Shown here: piece by piece, positions 1-9,185 of the stretch
Layout of the letters: each line of letters begins with the position of its first letter
Numbering within the stretch: the stretch's first letter is position 1
From: a virus
Length of the DNA stretch: 64,000 bases
Strand: one strand, 5' to 3'
Virus record (IMG/VR): IMGVR_UViG_3300042484_003756
Span: 1 to 64,000 of that record
Notes under the pieces: generated by a model
What the model was told of the DNA's origin: nothing
Seen by the model: only the letters and a program-made list of their open reading frames with translations
Databases searched by the model: none
Program-made: the position numbers and the translations under genes

Positions 1-74
1 CCAGCCCACGATACTTCTTTAGTAGATAGAACGTCCCAGGCTGTTGCAGATTCGATAATTTTTGAGTACCACAT
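1..74 (-). CDS. 5' end of a gene running off the window (MWYSKIIESATAWDVL...), probable internal head protein
   Basis: ATG at 74-72 with open frame to the window edge; MWY N-terminus like ORF 10828; AAAGGT-N16-TAAAA element upstream at 111-85. Confidence 0.6.
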   Translation of the reverse strand, partial: MWYSKIIESATAWDVLSTKEVSWA

Positions 75-84
75 ATGTTTTTTA

Positions 85-111
85 TTTTACAAATCTACTA
101 ATTTAACCTTT
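85..111 (-). promoter_or_regulatory. putative phage-type promoter AAAGGT-N16-TAAAA
   Basis: matches the motif recurring before virion genes. Confidence 0.4.
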
Positions 112-156
112 GGAATATATTTTTGAAATTCTCGTATTATATAATTATGTTCCACA

Positions 157-194
157 AAAACCTCTAAGACATTTCAAGCACGTCTAGAGGTTTT
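157..194 (+). promoter_or_regulatory. stem-loop upstream of ORF 249 (terminator or leader structure)
   Basis: AAAACCTCTAAGAC ... GTCTAGAGGTTTT inverted repeat with one bulge, followed by T-rich tract. Confidence 0.45.
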
Positions 195-248
195 ATTTAT
201 TTAAGTCCTTTTACGATGGGAATCAAAAATCTAAGGGAGATAAGAGAA

Positions 249-962
249 GTGTCTGAAAATAACACAAATGACATGATTTACAACTGGCGCAATGAATTAA
301 GTTCACATAAAGATGGTGTTCTCGTTGTCGCAAATAATCAAGCACAAAAATATAAAAATCAAGGTTTCGATAAGTCAGAAGTTGTAGAATTACTCGCAGC
401 TGATAATTTTGATTTAGACGTTGCTAATAGAGTTGCTTCTAAGTTGTTTGACACTGCTGAAGAAGTAAAACAAAATACTGCTGTTGAAGTTGCTGTTGTT
501 CCTACAAGATATTCCGATTGCGCTCCTGTAATTGAACGATCTTTAACAAAATTATCTGCCAAAGAATTCGTAAAGAGACTTTGCACTGGTCCTCATTCAG
601 TTGTAAAAACTGATGAAAAAGGATTAGGATTTTGGATGAGAATTACTGAAGCTGCTAAAGAGACTGCTGCAGGTAAAAGCCATTTACATGCATCCTTAAG
701 GCCATATATTGAGGAAACTCTCCTTAATAATGTTCTCTTAGCACAATCTCAAGAAGCTCAAATCAAGACTGCTTCAAAGACAAAATATGTTGTTTCTATG
801 AAGAAGGGATCCGCTGAAGTTGATTTATCAAATGCAACATCTTCAAGCGAAAAATTTATTGGTGGAAATTACGTTGATTTTGGACTGGCTGATGAATTTA
901 TGGTTAAGGCTGCTGATACAGTTTCCCCATACCAGAGATTGAAAAGAGCTTTGAAAGACTAA
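249..962 (+). CDS. hypothetical protein, probable head-associated (KTAS motif)
   Basis: ORF 216..962; likelier start GTG at 249 with AGGGAG RBS at 234-239; contains QIKTASK. Confidence 0.6.
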   Translation: MSENNTNDMIYNWRNELSSHKDGVLVVANNQAQKYKNQGFDKSEVVELLAADNFDLDVANRVASKLFDTAEEVKQNTAVEVAVVPTRYSDCAPVIERSLTKLSAKEFVKRLCTGPHSVVKTDEKGLGFWMRITEAAKETAAGKSHLHASLRPYIEETLLNNVLLAQSQEAQIKTASKTKYVVSMKKGSAEVDLSNATSSSEKFIGGNYVDFGLADEFMVKAADTVSPYQRLKRALKD

Positions 963-980
963 CCTATATCCTGAAAGAAT

Positions 981-1010
981 AAACAAGCCGCATTTATGCG
1001 GCTTGTTTTG
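981..1010 (+). terminator. intrinsic terminator
   Basis: AAACAAGCCGCA-TTTA-TGCGGCTTGTTT perfect hairpin just after the stop at 962. Confidence 0.8.
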
Positions 1011-1027
1011 CTTGTATAACTAAAGAA

Positions 1028-1708
1028 ATGGAATCGAAAAAAGAAACTGTTGATGCTCTTATTGTTCCTGACGAAGGCCCTAAGAAACCATCAAGAATGT
1101 TCAGGGATTTGAAAGAAGGCGATAAACCTTTAATGCCTCTTCCCCCTGACAATATGAATGATATATCTTATCCTCAATTTATGGAACCGAGATGCGCAAT
1201 TTGCACTTCTCCTTTTCGAGATTTGGTAGAACACGTTTATTTAGATAGTGGAAAGAAAAATCAATCAGTAATTAGATTTTTCTTACAGTATTTTGATGCA
1301 CAGATGAACTGGATGCAGATTAATACCCACATGGAACAACATTGTGATTTCAAAAAAATCTCAACTTCCGGACTTAAAAATTACGAGCAAAGAGAAGAAC
1401 TTATTGCTCCTTGGATTTTTCGTGAACATCAATTAGCCCTTACTGCTTTACTCGTTGAACTTGATGATGTTCGTGGAATTGACTGCTCTAAAAATAATGA
1501 TATGAAACTGAAAAGAGCAGCAATGGTAGAAAAATTAATCTCTAAAATCTTACAATTAAAAGAAGCAAGAGATAATCAAGGAATTTACTCTATAAATATT
1601 TTTGAAATTTTAGCTGCCCTTCACGAAAAGATGGATAGTGAAAATGATAAAAGAATTATTAGGGATGAAATTGTGAATCTACGCAATAAGATTCAACAAG
1701 ACAATTAA
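1028..1708 (+). CDS. putative terminase small subunit with Zn-binding motif
   Basis: directly upstream of and coupled to TerL (TAATG overlap); CAIC...H...HC motif; helical C-terminal half. Confidence 0.55.
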   Translation: MESKKETVDALIVPDEGPKKPSRMFRDLKEGDKPLMPLPPDNMNDISYPQFMEPRCAICTSPFRDLVEHVYLDSGKKNQSVIRFFLQYFDAQMNWMQINTHMEQHCDFKKISTSGLKNYEQREELIAPWIFREHQLALTALLVELDDVRGIDCSKNNDMKLKRAAMVEKLISKILQLKEARDNQGIYSINIFEILAALHEKMDSENDKRIIRDEIVNLRNKIQQDN

Positions 1709-3819
1709 TGAGAAAACCTACTCCCGTAAAACAATCTCCTAACGAATTAAGAAATCAATTATTACAGCAAGCCAATTCAGTAACACAATTATTCAAAGAC
1801 ACAGAATATGCTGAAGAGTTTGTTGATGAAATTGCTCCTGCTACAAGACAAGAAGTAGCTCCACCACCAAAACCCCCTAAAGATAGATTTAATCCTGATC
1901 AAATTGTAGATATCATTACATTTATAGAACATCCTTATTTTTGTAATTTAAAACCCTATCCTTGGCAAAAATTAATTCTAAAATGCTTTTATATGGGACA
2001 AGAAGGCAATACTAATCTTGTAATAAATGAATCAGACAATAAAGAAGACTGCAAAGGTTGTGTTTGGAATTATGTTCAAAAAAATGAAAATAATTTTTTA
2101 AAAGCCAGATCAGAAGGAAAACAGTTTAAAACAATTTTCAATGTTGTAAATTCCCCTTGCCTACAGTGTAAACGTCTTGATAATGAAGTTAGAGAAGAAA
2201 GATACAGATATGCCAAAGAAGAAGCAACAAACCCTGATGCTGAAAGACAAGTCATAGTATTAGAAACAAGACCAATTATTGATGGTTTTCAAAGTGAAAA
2301 TGATTTACTTTATTCAGAAGAATTTGATCCAAAGCTTCGTATGCAAGTTCAAGAAAAATGTACTAAAAGATATAAGTTTGAAGAATTAGTTTTAGTACTT
2401 GGTAGACGTTCAGGAAAATCGTTCCTTGTGTCTGCTATGGCTCTTTATGAATTGTATAGATTGATTTCTATGGGCCATCCTCAAGCAAGATACGGCTTAA
2501 TGGAGTTTGATGAAGTTGTTCTTCTAAATGTTGCTCGTAACGAAGAACAGGCTAAAAAAGCAATCTTCTCTAAGATTAAGCAAACTGTTCTAGCTTCTCC
2601 ATTTTTTGCACCCTATATTGGCAAAGATACTGAGCTTGAAATGCGATTCTACACTGAACACGATAGAGAAGAGAATGTAAGAAGAAAAGCAGATAATATC
2701 AATCTTTTTGCAGGTTCTTTGGTATTACGATGTGGTTCTAGCAATGCATCAGGTCTTGTTGGTCTTACTTGCTGGACTATCATTATGGACGAAGTTGCAG
2801 CTATGGCAGGTGATAATCCTGACTCTGGTGTTGACTATGCTCTTTATGATGATCTAAAACCATCTCTTGCTACATTTGGTAAAGATGGCAAAATGATGCT
2901 TCTTTCCAACCCTAAAGGTCCACTTGGTTTGCTTTATGATTTACACGAGAATAGGCAAGAAGATCCTACTACTCTTGTGATGAGACTTCCTACTTGGCTT
3001 ACCAATCCTAATATTGATAAAGAATGGTTAGATAGTCAGAAGAAAAAAGATCCTCAAGAATTTCAAATGCAGTACGGAGCTGAATTTGGAGCTTCTTCAT
3101 CAGATCCAATGTTTAATTCCGAAGACGTAGACAGGATGTTTGCTTCTATGTCTATGGTGAAAAGAAAAGAAATGGCAGAAGGTCATTTTGATTATTTTTG
3201 TCATTTAGATCCAGCTAGAACTTCAGACTATTACGCTCTTGTAATTGCTCATACTGAAAACATGTATGGTCATATTGGTCCTGACTTTCAACCACTTAAA
3301 AGAGTTGTGATTGATCATGTCCATTTTTGGAATCCTAGAACAAAAAATCAACCTGTTAAAGAAAGTGAAGTTGAAGACTATGTTATCAACTTACACGCTA
3401 AATTTAAATTTAAACAAGTTTCTATTGATCAATGGAATTCACAGTCATCTTTAATAAAACTGCAATCTATGAGAATTCCAATTGTAGAAAGACAATTCAA
3501 CAAAGAATATAAAGAAAAGATATATACAGAATTATCACAATTAATCAGAGATGATCGAATTGATATTTATGATTTACCTGGTGGAGAATATAGAGATTTA
3601 GACAATAAAATTATATCTTTAAATGAAGTTCAAGAAGCAAAAATTCAATTTTTATTTTTACAAAAGAAATGGAAAGGTAAAAGATATTACATTGAAGCTT
3701 TATCGGGATATAAAGATGACATTTGTGATGCGGTGGCTGCTGTATGTTATGAATGTCTTACATCTAAAATTATGGTTAGATTGCCAAGATCAAAAATGGT
3801 CAATTTAAACAGAAGATAA
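1708..3819 (+). CDS. terL: terminase large subunit
   Basis: YPWQ Q-motif, Walker A GRRSGKS, Walker B IIMDE, LSNP coupling motif, RNase H-like HLDPA and DDICD acidic motifs. Confidence 0.93.
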   Translation: MRKPTPVKQSPNELRNQLLQQANSVTQLFKDTEYAEEFVDEIAPATRQEVAPPPKPPKDRFNPDQIVDIITFIEHPYFCNLKPYPWQKLILKCFYMGQEGNTNLVINESDNKEDCKGCVWNYVQKNENNFLKARSEGKQFKTIFNVVNSPCLQCKRLDNEVREERYRYAKEEATNPDAERQVIVLETRPIIDGFQSENDLLYSEEFDPKLRMQVQEKCTKRYKFEELVLVLGRRSGKSFLVSAMALYELYRLISMGHPQARYGLMEFDEVVLLNVARNEEQAKKAIFSKIKQTVLASPFFAPYIGKDTELEMRFYTEHDREENVRRKADNINLFAGSLVLRCGSSNASGLVGLTCWTIIMDEVAAMAGDNPDSGVDYALYDDLKPSLATFGKDGKMMLLSNPKGPLGLLYDLHENRQEDPTTLVMRLPTWLTNPNIDKEWLDSQKKKDPQEFQMQYGAEFGASSSDPMFNSEDVDRMFASMSMVKRKEMAEGHFDYFCHLDPARTSDYYALVIAHTENMYGHIGPDFQPLKRVVIDHVHFWNPRTKNQPVKESEVEDYVINLHAKFKFKQVSIDQWNSQSSLIKLQSMRIPIVERQFNKEYKEKIYTELSQLIRDDRIDIYDLPGGEYRDLDNKIISLNEVQEAKIQFLFLQKKWKGKRYYIEALSGYKDDICDAVAAVCYECLTSKIMVRLPRSKMVNLNRR

Positions 3820-3844
3820 AGGTAATTATTTTCATTTATAAGAA
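3818..3844 (+). promoter_or_regulatory. putative phage-type promoter AAAGGT-N16-AAGAA
   Basis: recurrent motif, 9 nt before the ATG at 3854. Confidence 0.45.
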
Positions 3845-3853
3845 CAATTCATT

Positions 3854-4846
3854 ATGTCTAACAATATCAGAACAGCTCAATTTGGTGGTGTAGGCGGAGG
3901 GGGAAATGGTGCTCCTTTCCAGCCTGGAAGTAGCCCTATTGGTCGTGGTGGTGGAAATCGTGGTGGACACGAAATAAATCTTTACGTAGATGAAGATGCT
4001 GGTTTTGATAAATTATTAAGAAAAACACACATTGAGCCTGATAATCGTGATGTCAATATGGAGTCTAGACTTACTCCTCAGCACAAAAACTATGAAGAAT
4101 TAATTCCATATGAATTAACTTCAGAAGAAAGAATGAGAGCAAAATTTAGAGCTCAACTTCATAATTATAAAAAATCTTTAGAAAATGCTGCTGATACTTT
4201 AATGAAAAACAGTCCAGCCTATATCAAAGAGCATTATCGCCCTAAAGATGAACATATGATGACTATGGAACAATCTTTAGAAAATCGTCATAAATATAAT
4301 AAAGATTTTAAGTATCCAAGAGAAGAATACAAAGATCCTGATAAAGCTTCTAGATTGCATTTTTCTATTTCTGACAAAGCCATAAATCGTATTGCTGAAG
4401 ATTATGCAATCAGAAGAAGAAATAGAATTACTGATGAATATCCTGAAGATAGAAATGAATTTGATGAGGCACAATTTACTCGTCCATCTTTAGGAAAAAC
4501 ACCTGTATTAGAATTCGGTGAAGAACTTGATAATTATATAACAAGTTTGATGACCGTAAACACTCCTGACCATGATGGCTTTCAAGAATATGGTCTAAAA
4601 GATACTATTCTTTCCTATCCAGATCCAGATGGTAAAGCAAACGTTCATGCTCCAAAAGATATAGCGCCCAAATCAGAAACATTAAAAGAATCAAATCCAT
4701 TTATGACTACAGAGCAGGCATTGAATCCTGAACAAAAAGACACAACATACGCAAACTACATCGATCCGACAAATAGAGAGGATAAGGGCGTAGAAGAAGT
4801 TTACGATGGTTCAGCATTTTATGGAATCAGCGGACATAGTTTTTAA
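3854..4846 (+). CDS. probable internal head protein
   Basis: N-terminus IRTAQ followed by Gly-rich stretch; MESRL/MEQSL/TEQAL repeats; in head module. Confidence 0.55.
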   Translation: MSNNIRTAQFGGVGGGGNGAPFQPGSSPIGRGGGNRGGHEINLYVDEDAGFDKLLRKTHIEPDNRDVNMESRLTPQHKNYEELIPYELTSEERMRAKFRAQLHNYKKSLENAADTLMKNSPAYIKEHYRPKDEHMMTMEQSLENRHKYNKDFKYPREEYKDPDKASRLHFSISDKAINRIAEDYAIRRRNRITDEYPEDRNEFDEAQFTRPSLGKTPVLEFGEELDNYITSLMTVNTPDHDGFQEYGLKDTILSYPDPDGKANVHAPKDIAPKSETLKESNPFMTTEQALNPEQKDTTYANYIDPTNREDKGVEEVYDGSAFYGISGHSF

Positions 4847-4880
4847 AGGTCATTTAAAGATTATTTAATAAGAACAAATT

Positions 4881-5339
4881 ATGAACGCAACTTCTTTACA
4901 AACAATTATCAAGATCTGTTCAAAACTAGACAAAAAAGGCCATTACTCCAAGGCTGATAATTTGTTTGAGAAAATTGCTCAATATTATCCACAACAATCA
5001 GTTACTCAATCACCAAATGTTTCTTTAGTTCCTTATGAAGAAATTGAAGAAGAAACAAAACAAAACGATTATTGGCGTCAAAAAATCAACCCAAGAAAAA
5101 TTCCAAAAGAATATTTTGATTTGGGAGGAGAAGCTGATGGTCCAAATATAGAAGGATTATTGCATGGTCCAGACAATGTTCCTGGTCCTGCCTATATAGA
5201 TCCAGGCAATCCAGCATCAAGTCCTTCTATGGCAATTCACAGTGGAGAAGATTTGTGCGATAAATTTTCCTGGGAAGAAACATACGAGAAGAATGTTGAT
5301 GAAGGAAATGCTTGGAAAAATAGAATACCAAATAGATAA
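4881..5339 (+). CDS. probable internal head protein
   Basis: short helical leader ending FEKIAQ, then low-complexity region; in head module. Confidence 0.5.
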   Translation: MNATSLQTIIKICSKLDKKGHYSKADNLFEKIAQYYPQQSVTQSPNVSLVPYEEIEEETKQNDYWRQKINPRKIPKEYFDLGGEADGPNIEGLLHGPDNVPGPAYIDPGNPASSPSMAIHSGEDLCDKFSWEETYEKNVDEGNAWKNRIPNR

Positions 5340-5350
5340 GGAATAAAATT

Positions 5351-5842
5351 ATGCCAATACCAATTAAACCAGTTCATTCATTAGATTTGCATGCTGAATT
5401 ATTCGACGGACCATCAATGGAAAGCCTCGGACTTTCTGACATTCAAATTCAACTTCTTGGCGTTTCACAAACTCCTAGAAAAGCAGAAGCAGCAAAGCTT
5501 AGTGATAGATATTTAACTATGCTTAAGTCTATTGACTCAAATACAGATGTTTTAGTGACTGCTGCAAGCTATGTTGCTTTGCATAAAGATAGCAACGTTT
5601 GTGGTGTTCCAACTGAAATTTCAGACAATGATCTTTTAGCTATGAAAACTGCTGGATTACTTACAGGATACGGTAGATCTGTAGAATTAACTGAAAGAGC
5701 CAAATTAGCATTACGTGATCATTATTTAAGCATAGACAATGTTAATGAATTTAGAAAACAAAGAACAAAAGATAGATTTGATCTTGATGAAGCTAGAAAT
5801 GTTAAAGCTTCTTCAAACAAATTTAGAAAAGTAGGTTCATGA
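5351..5842 (+). CDS. probable head-associated protein ending at an in-frame UGA
   Basis: AAGGA RBS; C-terminal VKASS and FRKVGS motifs; stop TGA 5840-5842. Confidence 0.6.
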   Translation: MPIPIKPVHSLDLHAELFDGPSMESLGLSDIQIQLLGVSQTPRKAEAAKLSDRYLTMLKSIDSNTDVLVTAASYVALHKDSNVCGVPTEISDNDLLAMKTAGLLTGYGRSVELTERAKLALRDHYLSIDNVNEFRKQRTKDRFDLDEARNVKASSNKFRKVGS

Positions 5843-6223
5843 CTCACTAGTAAAGAATTCCGTGATGAATTCGATGTTAGATTTGTAGCTAACAATGACA
5901 AGCTACGAACTAAAGGTTTAATGAATGCTGAGCCTTTAGATGAATATGAAGTAGTTTACTTTGAATTTGATTATCCAGACAGCTATTCATTTTGGAATAA
6001 AAATGTTTCTTTCCCGCTTTCTTTAGCTTTTTTAGATAAAAATCATAAGATTGTGGACATCAAAGATATGGAAGCTGATGATCCAAAGTCAGTTGGTCCA
6101 GATTCTAACAGTGTTGTATTTGTTGTAGAAGCAAATAAAGGATTGTTCAAAAAATTAGGCATCAGTGTTGGAGATAAATTGTTTTTGAAGGGCAAGAAAG
6201 TAATTTTCAGTAAAAAAACATAA
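5843..6223 (+). CDS. DUF192-family domain lacking its own in-frame start (readthrough extension or frameshifted gene)
   Basis: ANNDKLRTKGLM...FEF...SFWNKNVSFPLSLAFLD...VVEANKG matches the DUF192 pattern; similarity begins upstream of the ATG at 5921, in frame with ORF 5351. Confidence 0.7.
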   Translation, partial: LTSKEFRDEFDVRFVANNDKLRTKGLMNAEPLDEYEVVYFEFDYPDSYSFWNKNVSFPLSLAFLDKNHKIVDIKDMEADDPKSVGPDSNSVVFVVEANKGLFKKLGISVGDKLFLKGKKVIFSKKT

Positions 6224-6234
6224 ATGGATGCATT

Positions 6235-6261
6235 AAAGGAATTTGAGCATTGAATTTAGAA
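6235..6261 (+). promoter_or_regulatory. putative phage-type promoter AAAGGA-N16-TAGAA
   Basis: recurrent motif upstream of ORF 6302, which has a GAGGAG RBS. Confidence 0.5.
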
Positions 6262-6301
6262 ATTTTCTTAATGTATTTTTTCTTGAGGAGAAAAATTAAT
6301 T

Positions 6302-7390
6302 ATGGCAGATAGAATTTTCCCAAACAGATTTCAAGAAGACCCTCTTGATTCTGACTTGGTTTTCCAAGGAATTGATTGGGACAACTTTAACCAAAGATTA
6401 GCCGAAGCCAAAGAGGGTAAAGAGACCAAAGGTCTCGAAGAACTTTTTAATGCTATTGGTGATAAAGAAGTAGATAGATTGCAAGCAAAATCTGGCACTA
6501 TGTATGCTGGAGATGAAGAAGATGCTGAAGCTATGTCTGAAGACATGGAAGATGGCGCAATGTATCATAATTCAACCAAAATGGCCAAGAAAGGTATTCC
6601 ACCTGGTTTAGCTAAGTGGATGGAAGAGAATGGCAAAGGTAAGAAGAAGTCTAAAGATTCTGATGATGAAGATGATGAAGATCATGAAGATCATGAAGAT
6701 CATGAAGACCACGAAGATGACGAAGATGATGCAAAGGGTCCTATGAAGAGAAAAGGTCCTAAAGGCAAGTCTGAAAAGAAAGCTTACCATTTTAACCATG
6801 CATCACAATTATCAGCTGAAGCTGTAGAAGCTGCTGTAGCTGCTGGTGATGAAGATCTTAAAGATGCTATCCTTGCTGCTCGTCATGACAGAAGAGTAAG
6901 ATTAGCTGGCAAAATTGAGCGCCAAGTTCAAGCCAACAAAGAAACTAATGTTAAGCTTGCACAAAGAAGAGCTTACAGAGAAGCATTAGTTCAAAAAGTA
7001 GCTGCAAATATGGAAGTTGAAAAAGAAGCAGCTATGGAAAAAGAATGTGGAGCAAAGTCAGACATGAAAGAAGCTAAAGCATTCTCATCTGCTGCTAGAA
7101 AAGCATTTGCTGCTAAAGCTCTTGCCGAAGGTTTTCCAATCGAATATGTAAATGCTAGATTAGGCGAAACATCAGCTCCTGCAGTTGATAAGTTGTCCAA
7201 TATCAAGGACGTTCTTGCTTCTGGTCTTGAAACTAATGTCAAAGTTGCTGCAGCATCTTCAATGATCAAAGTTGCAACACTTTCAGACGCAGACTATTCC
7301 AGAATCGTTGATTACTGGAAGAATGAACTCGGCTATGGTGATCAAGAGTGGATTGATGCACTCTTTACCAAGAAATACGACAAGAAATAA
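6302..7390 (+). CDS. probable internal head/scaffold-like protein
   Basis: Ala/Glu/Lys-rich helical protein with several KxA motifs and an acidic DHE repeat. Confidence 0.6.
   Translation: MADRIFPNRFQEDPLDSDLVFQGIDWDNFNQRLAEAKEGKETKGLEELFNAIGDKEVDRLQAKSGTMYAGDEEDAEAMSEDMEDGAMYHNSTKMAKKGIPPGLAKWMEENGKGKKKSKDSDDEDDEDHEDHEDHEDHEDDEDDAKGPMKRKGPKGKSEKKAYHFNHASQLSAEAVEAAVAAGDEDLKDAILAARHDRRVRLAGKIERQVQANKETNVKLAQRRAYREALVQKVAANMEVEKEAAMEKECGAKSDMKEAKAFSSAARKAFAAKALAEGFPIEYVNARLGETSAPAVDKLSNIKDVLASGLETNVKVAAASSMIKVATLSDADYSRIVDYWKNELGYGDQEWIDALFTKKYDKK
6662..6730 (+). repeat. 9-bp tandem repeat (consensus GATSATGAA) x ~7.5 encoding (DDE)2(DHE)4 DDE
   Basis: gatgatgaa x2, gatcatgaa x3, gaccacgaa, gatgacgaa, gatgat. 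Confidence 0.85.
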
Positions 7391-7410
7391 TTACATTCCT
7401 CAAGAAAAGT

Positions 7411-7440
7411 TGTCCCAGGGTGAAAGCTCTGGGACATTCT
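7411..7440 (+). terminator. stem-loop with GAAA loop (weak terminator or processing site)
   Basis: TGTCCCAGGGT-GAAA-GCTCTGGGACA between ORFs; poor U-tract. Confidence 0.55.
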
Positions 7441-7468
7441 TGAAAAGTAAGATCAGGATAAAATAAAC

Positions 7469-8284
7469 ATGAGCAGATTTAGAAAAGTATCAGAAATCGA
7501 TAATATTCCAACATTTATGGAAAAGAGATTTATTGGCGCTCAAGTAGAAGTTGAAGAAGATCCATACGCTGAGTTAAAGAGAAATTCAACTGCAAACAGA
7601 CAATCAATTTCTAAACAAAATATTGGTTTCACAAAAGAAGCAAACAATATTAATAAGTCTTGGGAAAGAATTCAAGGTGCATCAACATATCAAGATTTGA
7701 GAGACACCACAACTGAAGATAGAATTCTTGCTCAAGATTTTGGTGCTATTAGAAGAGCTGGTTCACAATTTGATGATGGCGAAACTGCAAGAACTACTAC
7801 AAGTGGATTGAAAGCATTTTCTTCAGATGACTATATGAACGCAATGCTTTCTAGATCAGCATCAATTTTCAATCCAGACATGATTTCAATAACAGAAGAA
7901 TTCTTGAATTCTCAAGCTTCTACAAGTGAACAATCAATTATTGAAAATCAAAGAGCAAGAGAAGCAAAAACAACTCGCCATAAAGCTTGGGAAGAAAGCC
8001 AACTTAATAACTTAAGACAATCTTCTGTAGTTTCCTCAAGAGCACATTCAATCTTGAGAACATCTTCAGACAATGAATTCAATTCACAATTTGGAATGAT
8101 TGATCCATCTGCTCTGGACAATCGTGAAACCATGAGAATTGCTAATCAAGAGAAGAATAGAAACGATAGAATGGCTATCAAGAAAAATATCCAAAGTGAT
8201 ATGAACAGCAAATCTCAAATGAGAGCAAAAACTGTCAATGAAATTTATAATAGCATTGACATTAATTTTGATGATATTGATTAA
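7469..8284 (+). CDS. probable internal head protein
   Basis: N-terminus MSRFRKVSE; Ser/Arg/Gln-rich; in head module. Confidence 0.55.
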   Translation: MSRFRKVSEIDNIPTFMEKRFIGAQVEVEEDPYAELKRNSTANRQSISKQNIGFTKEANNINKSWERIQGASTYQDLRDTTTEDRILAQDFGAIRRAGSQFDDGETARTTTSGLKAFSSDDYMNAMLSRSASIFNPDMISITEEFLNSQASTSEQSIIENQRAREAKTTRHKAWEESQLNNLRQSSVVSSRAHSILRTSSDNEFNSQFGMIDPSALDNRETMRIANQEKNRNDRMAIKKNIQSDMNSKSQMRAKTVNEIYNSIDINFDDID

Positions 8285-9183
8285 TGAATAAACTGTCTCA
8301 AACTGAACCACCTCAACAATCTGGCCCAGCTATGGCTTCAAATCCAGCAAATGGGATTAACAATATTCCTTTAAATGGTGAAAATATTGAAGGTGTAACT
8401 AAAGATGAAATGAGACAGTTGATTAAAAAAATCAAAGCTAGTGATGGTAATTTTAGTGAACTTTCAAATGAAGTTACCCTTACAGCTGACAAAGTGCAAG
8501 ATAATGATTTACGTCATCAATTAGATAAATTATCTAAAGCACTTTTAATGTCAAATAATAATGAAACAAGAACAAAAGATCCAATTACTAAAGAATTAGA
8601 TCCAAGCTATTCTGATATAGCAAATAAGATTGAAGAAACTTATTTAGTCGAGGCTAAGAACGTGTACAACAATTCAAAAACAGCACAGGTCAAAAAGAAA
8701 AAGAAAACTAGAGGCAATCCATTCCGTGTTTTAATGGGCAAGGTTGGAAAATTACTTGATCATGGTGTCGATAAAAATGATATTGTTAGATACATTTCTA
8801 AACTTAAATATTGGAATAAAGAAACAATTGAACGAGCTGTAGATATTGTTAAAGAATATAACAAAAAATTAGAGCAAGGCAAAGACAAAGACGATGAAAC
8901 AAAAAAGAAAGCTAATACTGTTAATCTTTCTGAATCTGTCAAAATTGCTGCCTTAAATTATGATTCAAAACCTAATTTTGAAAAGAGATCAACACCTGAG
9001 TTAATTATGAGAGCTTGCTTCCTAATGGATTTACAAGACTATTCTAAAACAACTAAGCAAGGTGACTTTAAAGATGCTGCTGACAAAAAAGGAGTTTCTG
9101 AAGAACTCAAGCAAATTAGAACAGCTCTCACAAATAGAGGTTTTGATAAAGAAGAATTATCAAACTTAGGACTGGGTAAATAA
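8284..9183 (+). CDS. probable internal head protein
   Basis: MNKLSQ, SKTAQ and VKIAA motifs divide the protein into segments; basic KKKKTRGNPF segment. Confidence 0.55.
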   Translation: MNKLSQTEPPQQSGPAMASNPANGINNIPLNGENIEGVTKDEMRQLIKKIKASDGNFSELSNEVTLTADKVQDNDLRHQLDKLSKALLMSNNNETRTKDPITKELDPSYSDIANKIEETYLVEAKNVYNNSKTAQVKKKKKTRGNPFRVLMGKVGKLLDHGVDKNDIVRYISKLKYWNKETIERAVDIVKEYNKKLEQGKDKDDETKKKANTVNLSESVKIAALNYDSKPNFEKRSTPELIMRACFLMDLQDYSKTTKQGDFKDAADKKGVSEELKQIRTALTNRGFDKEELSNLGLGK

Positions 9184-9185
9184 TT

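Noticed and set aside
2000-2380. Intein or intron in the terminase large subunit
   Set aside because: The insertion is short, lacks C/S...HN splice motifs and LAGLIDADG blocks, and looks like a Zn-binding domain.
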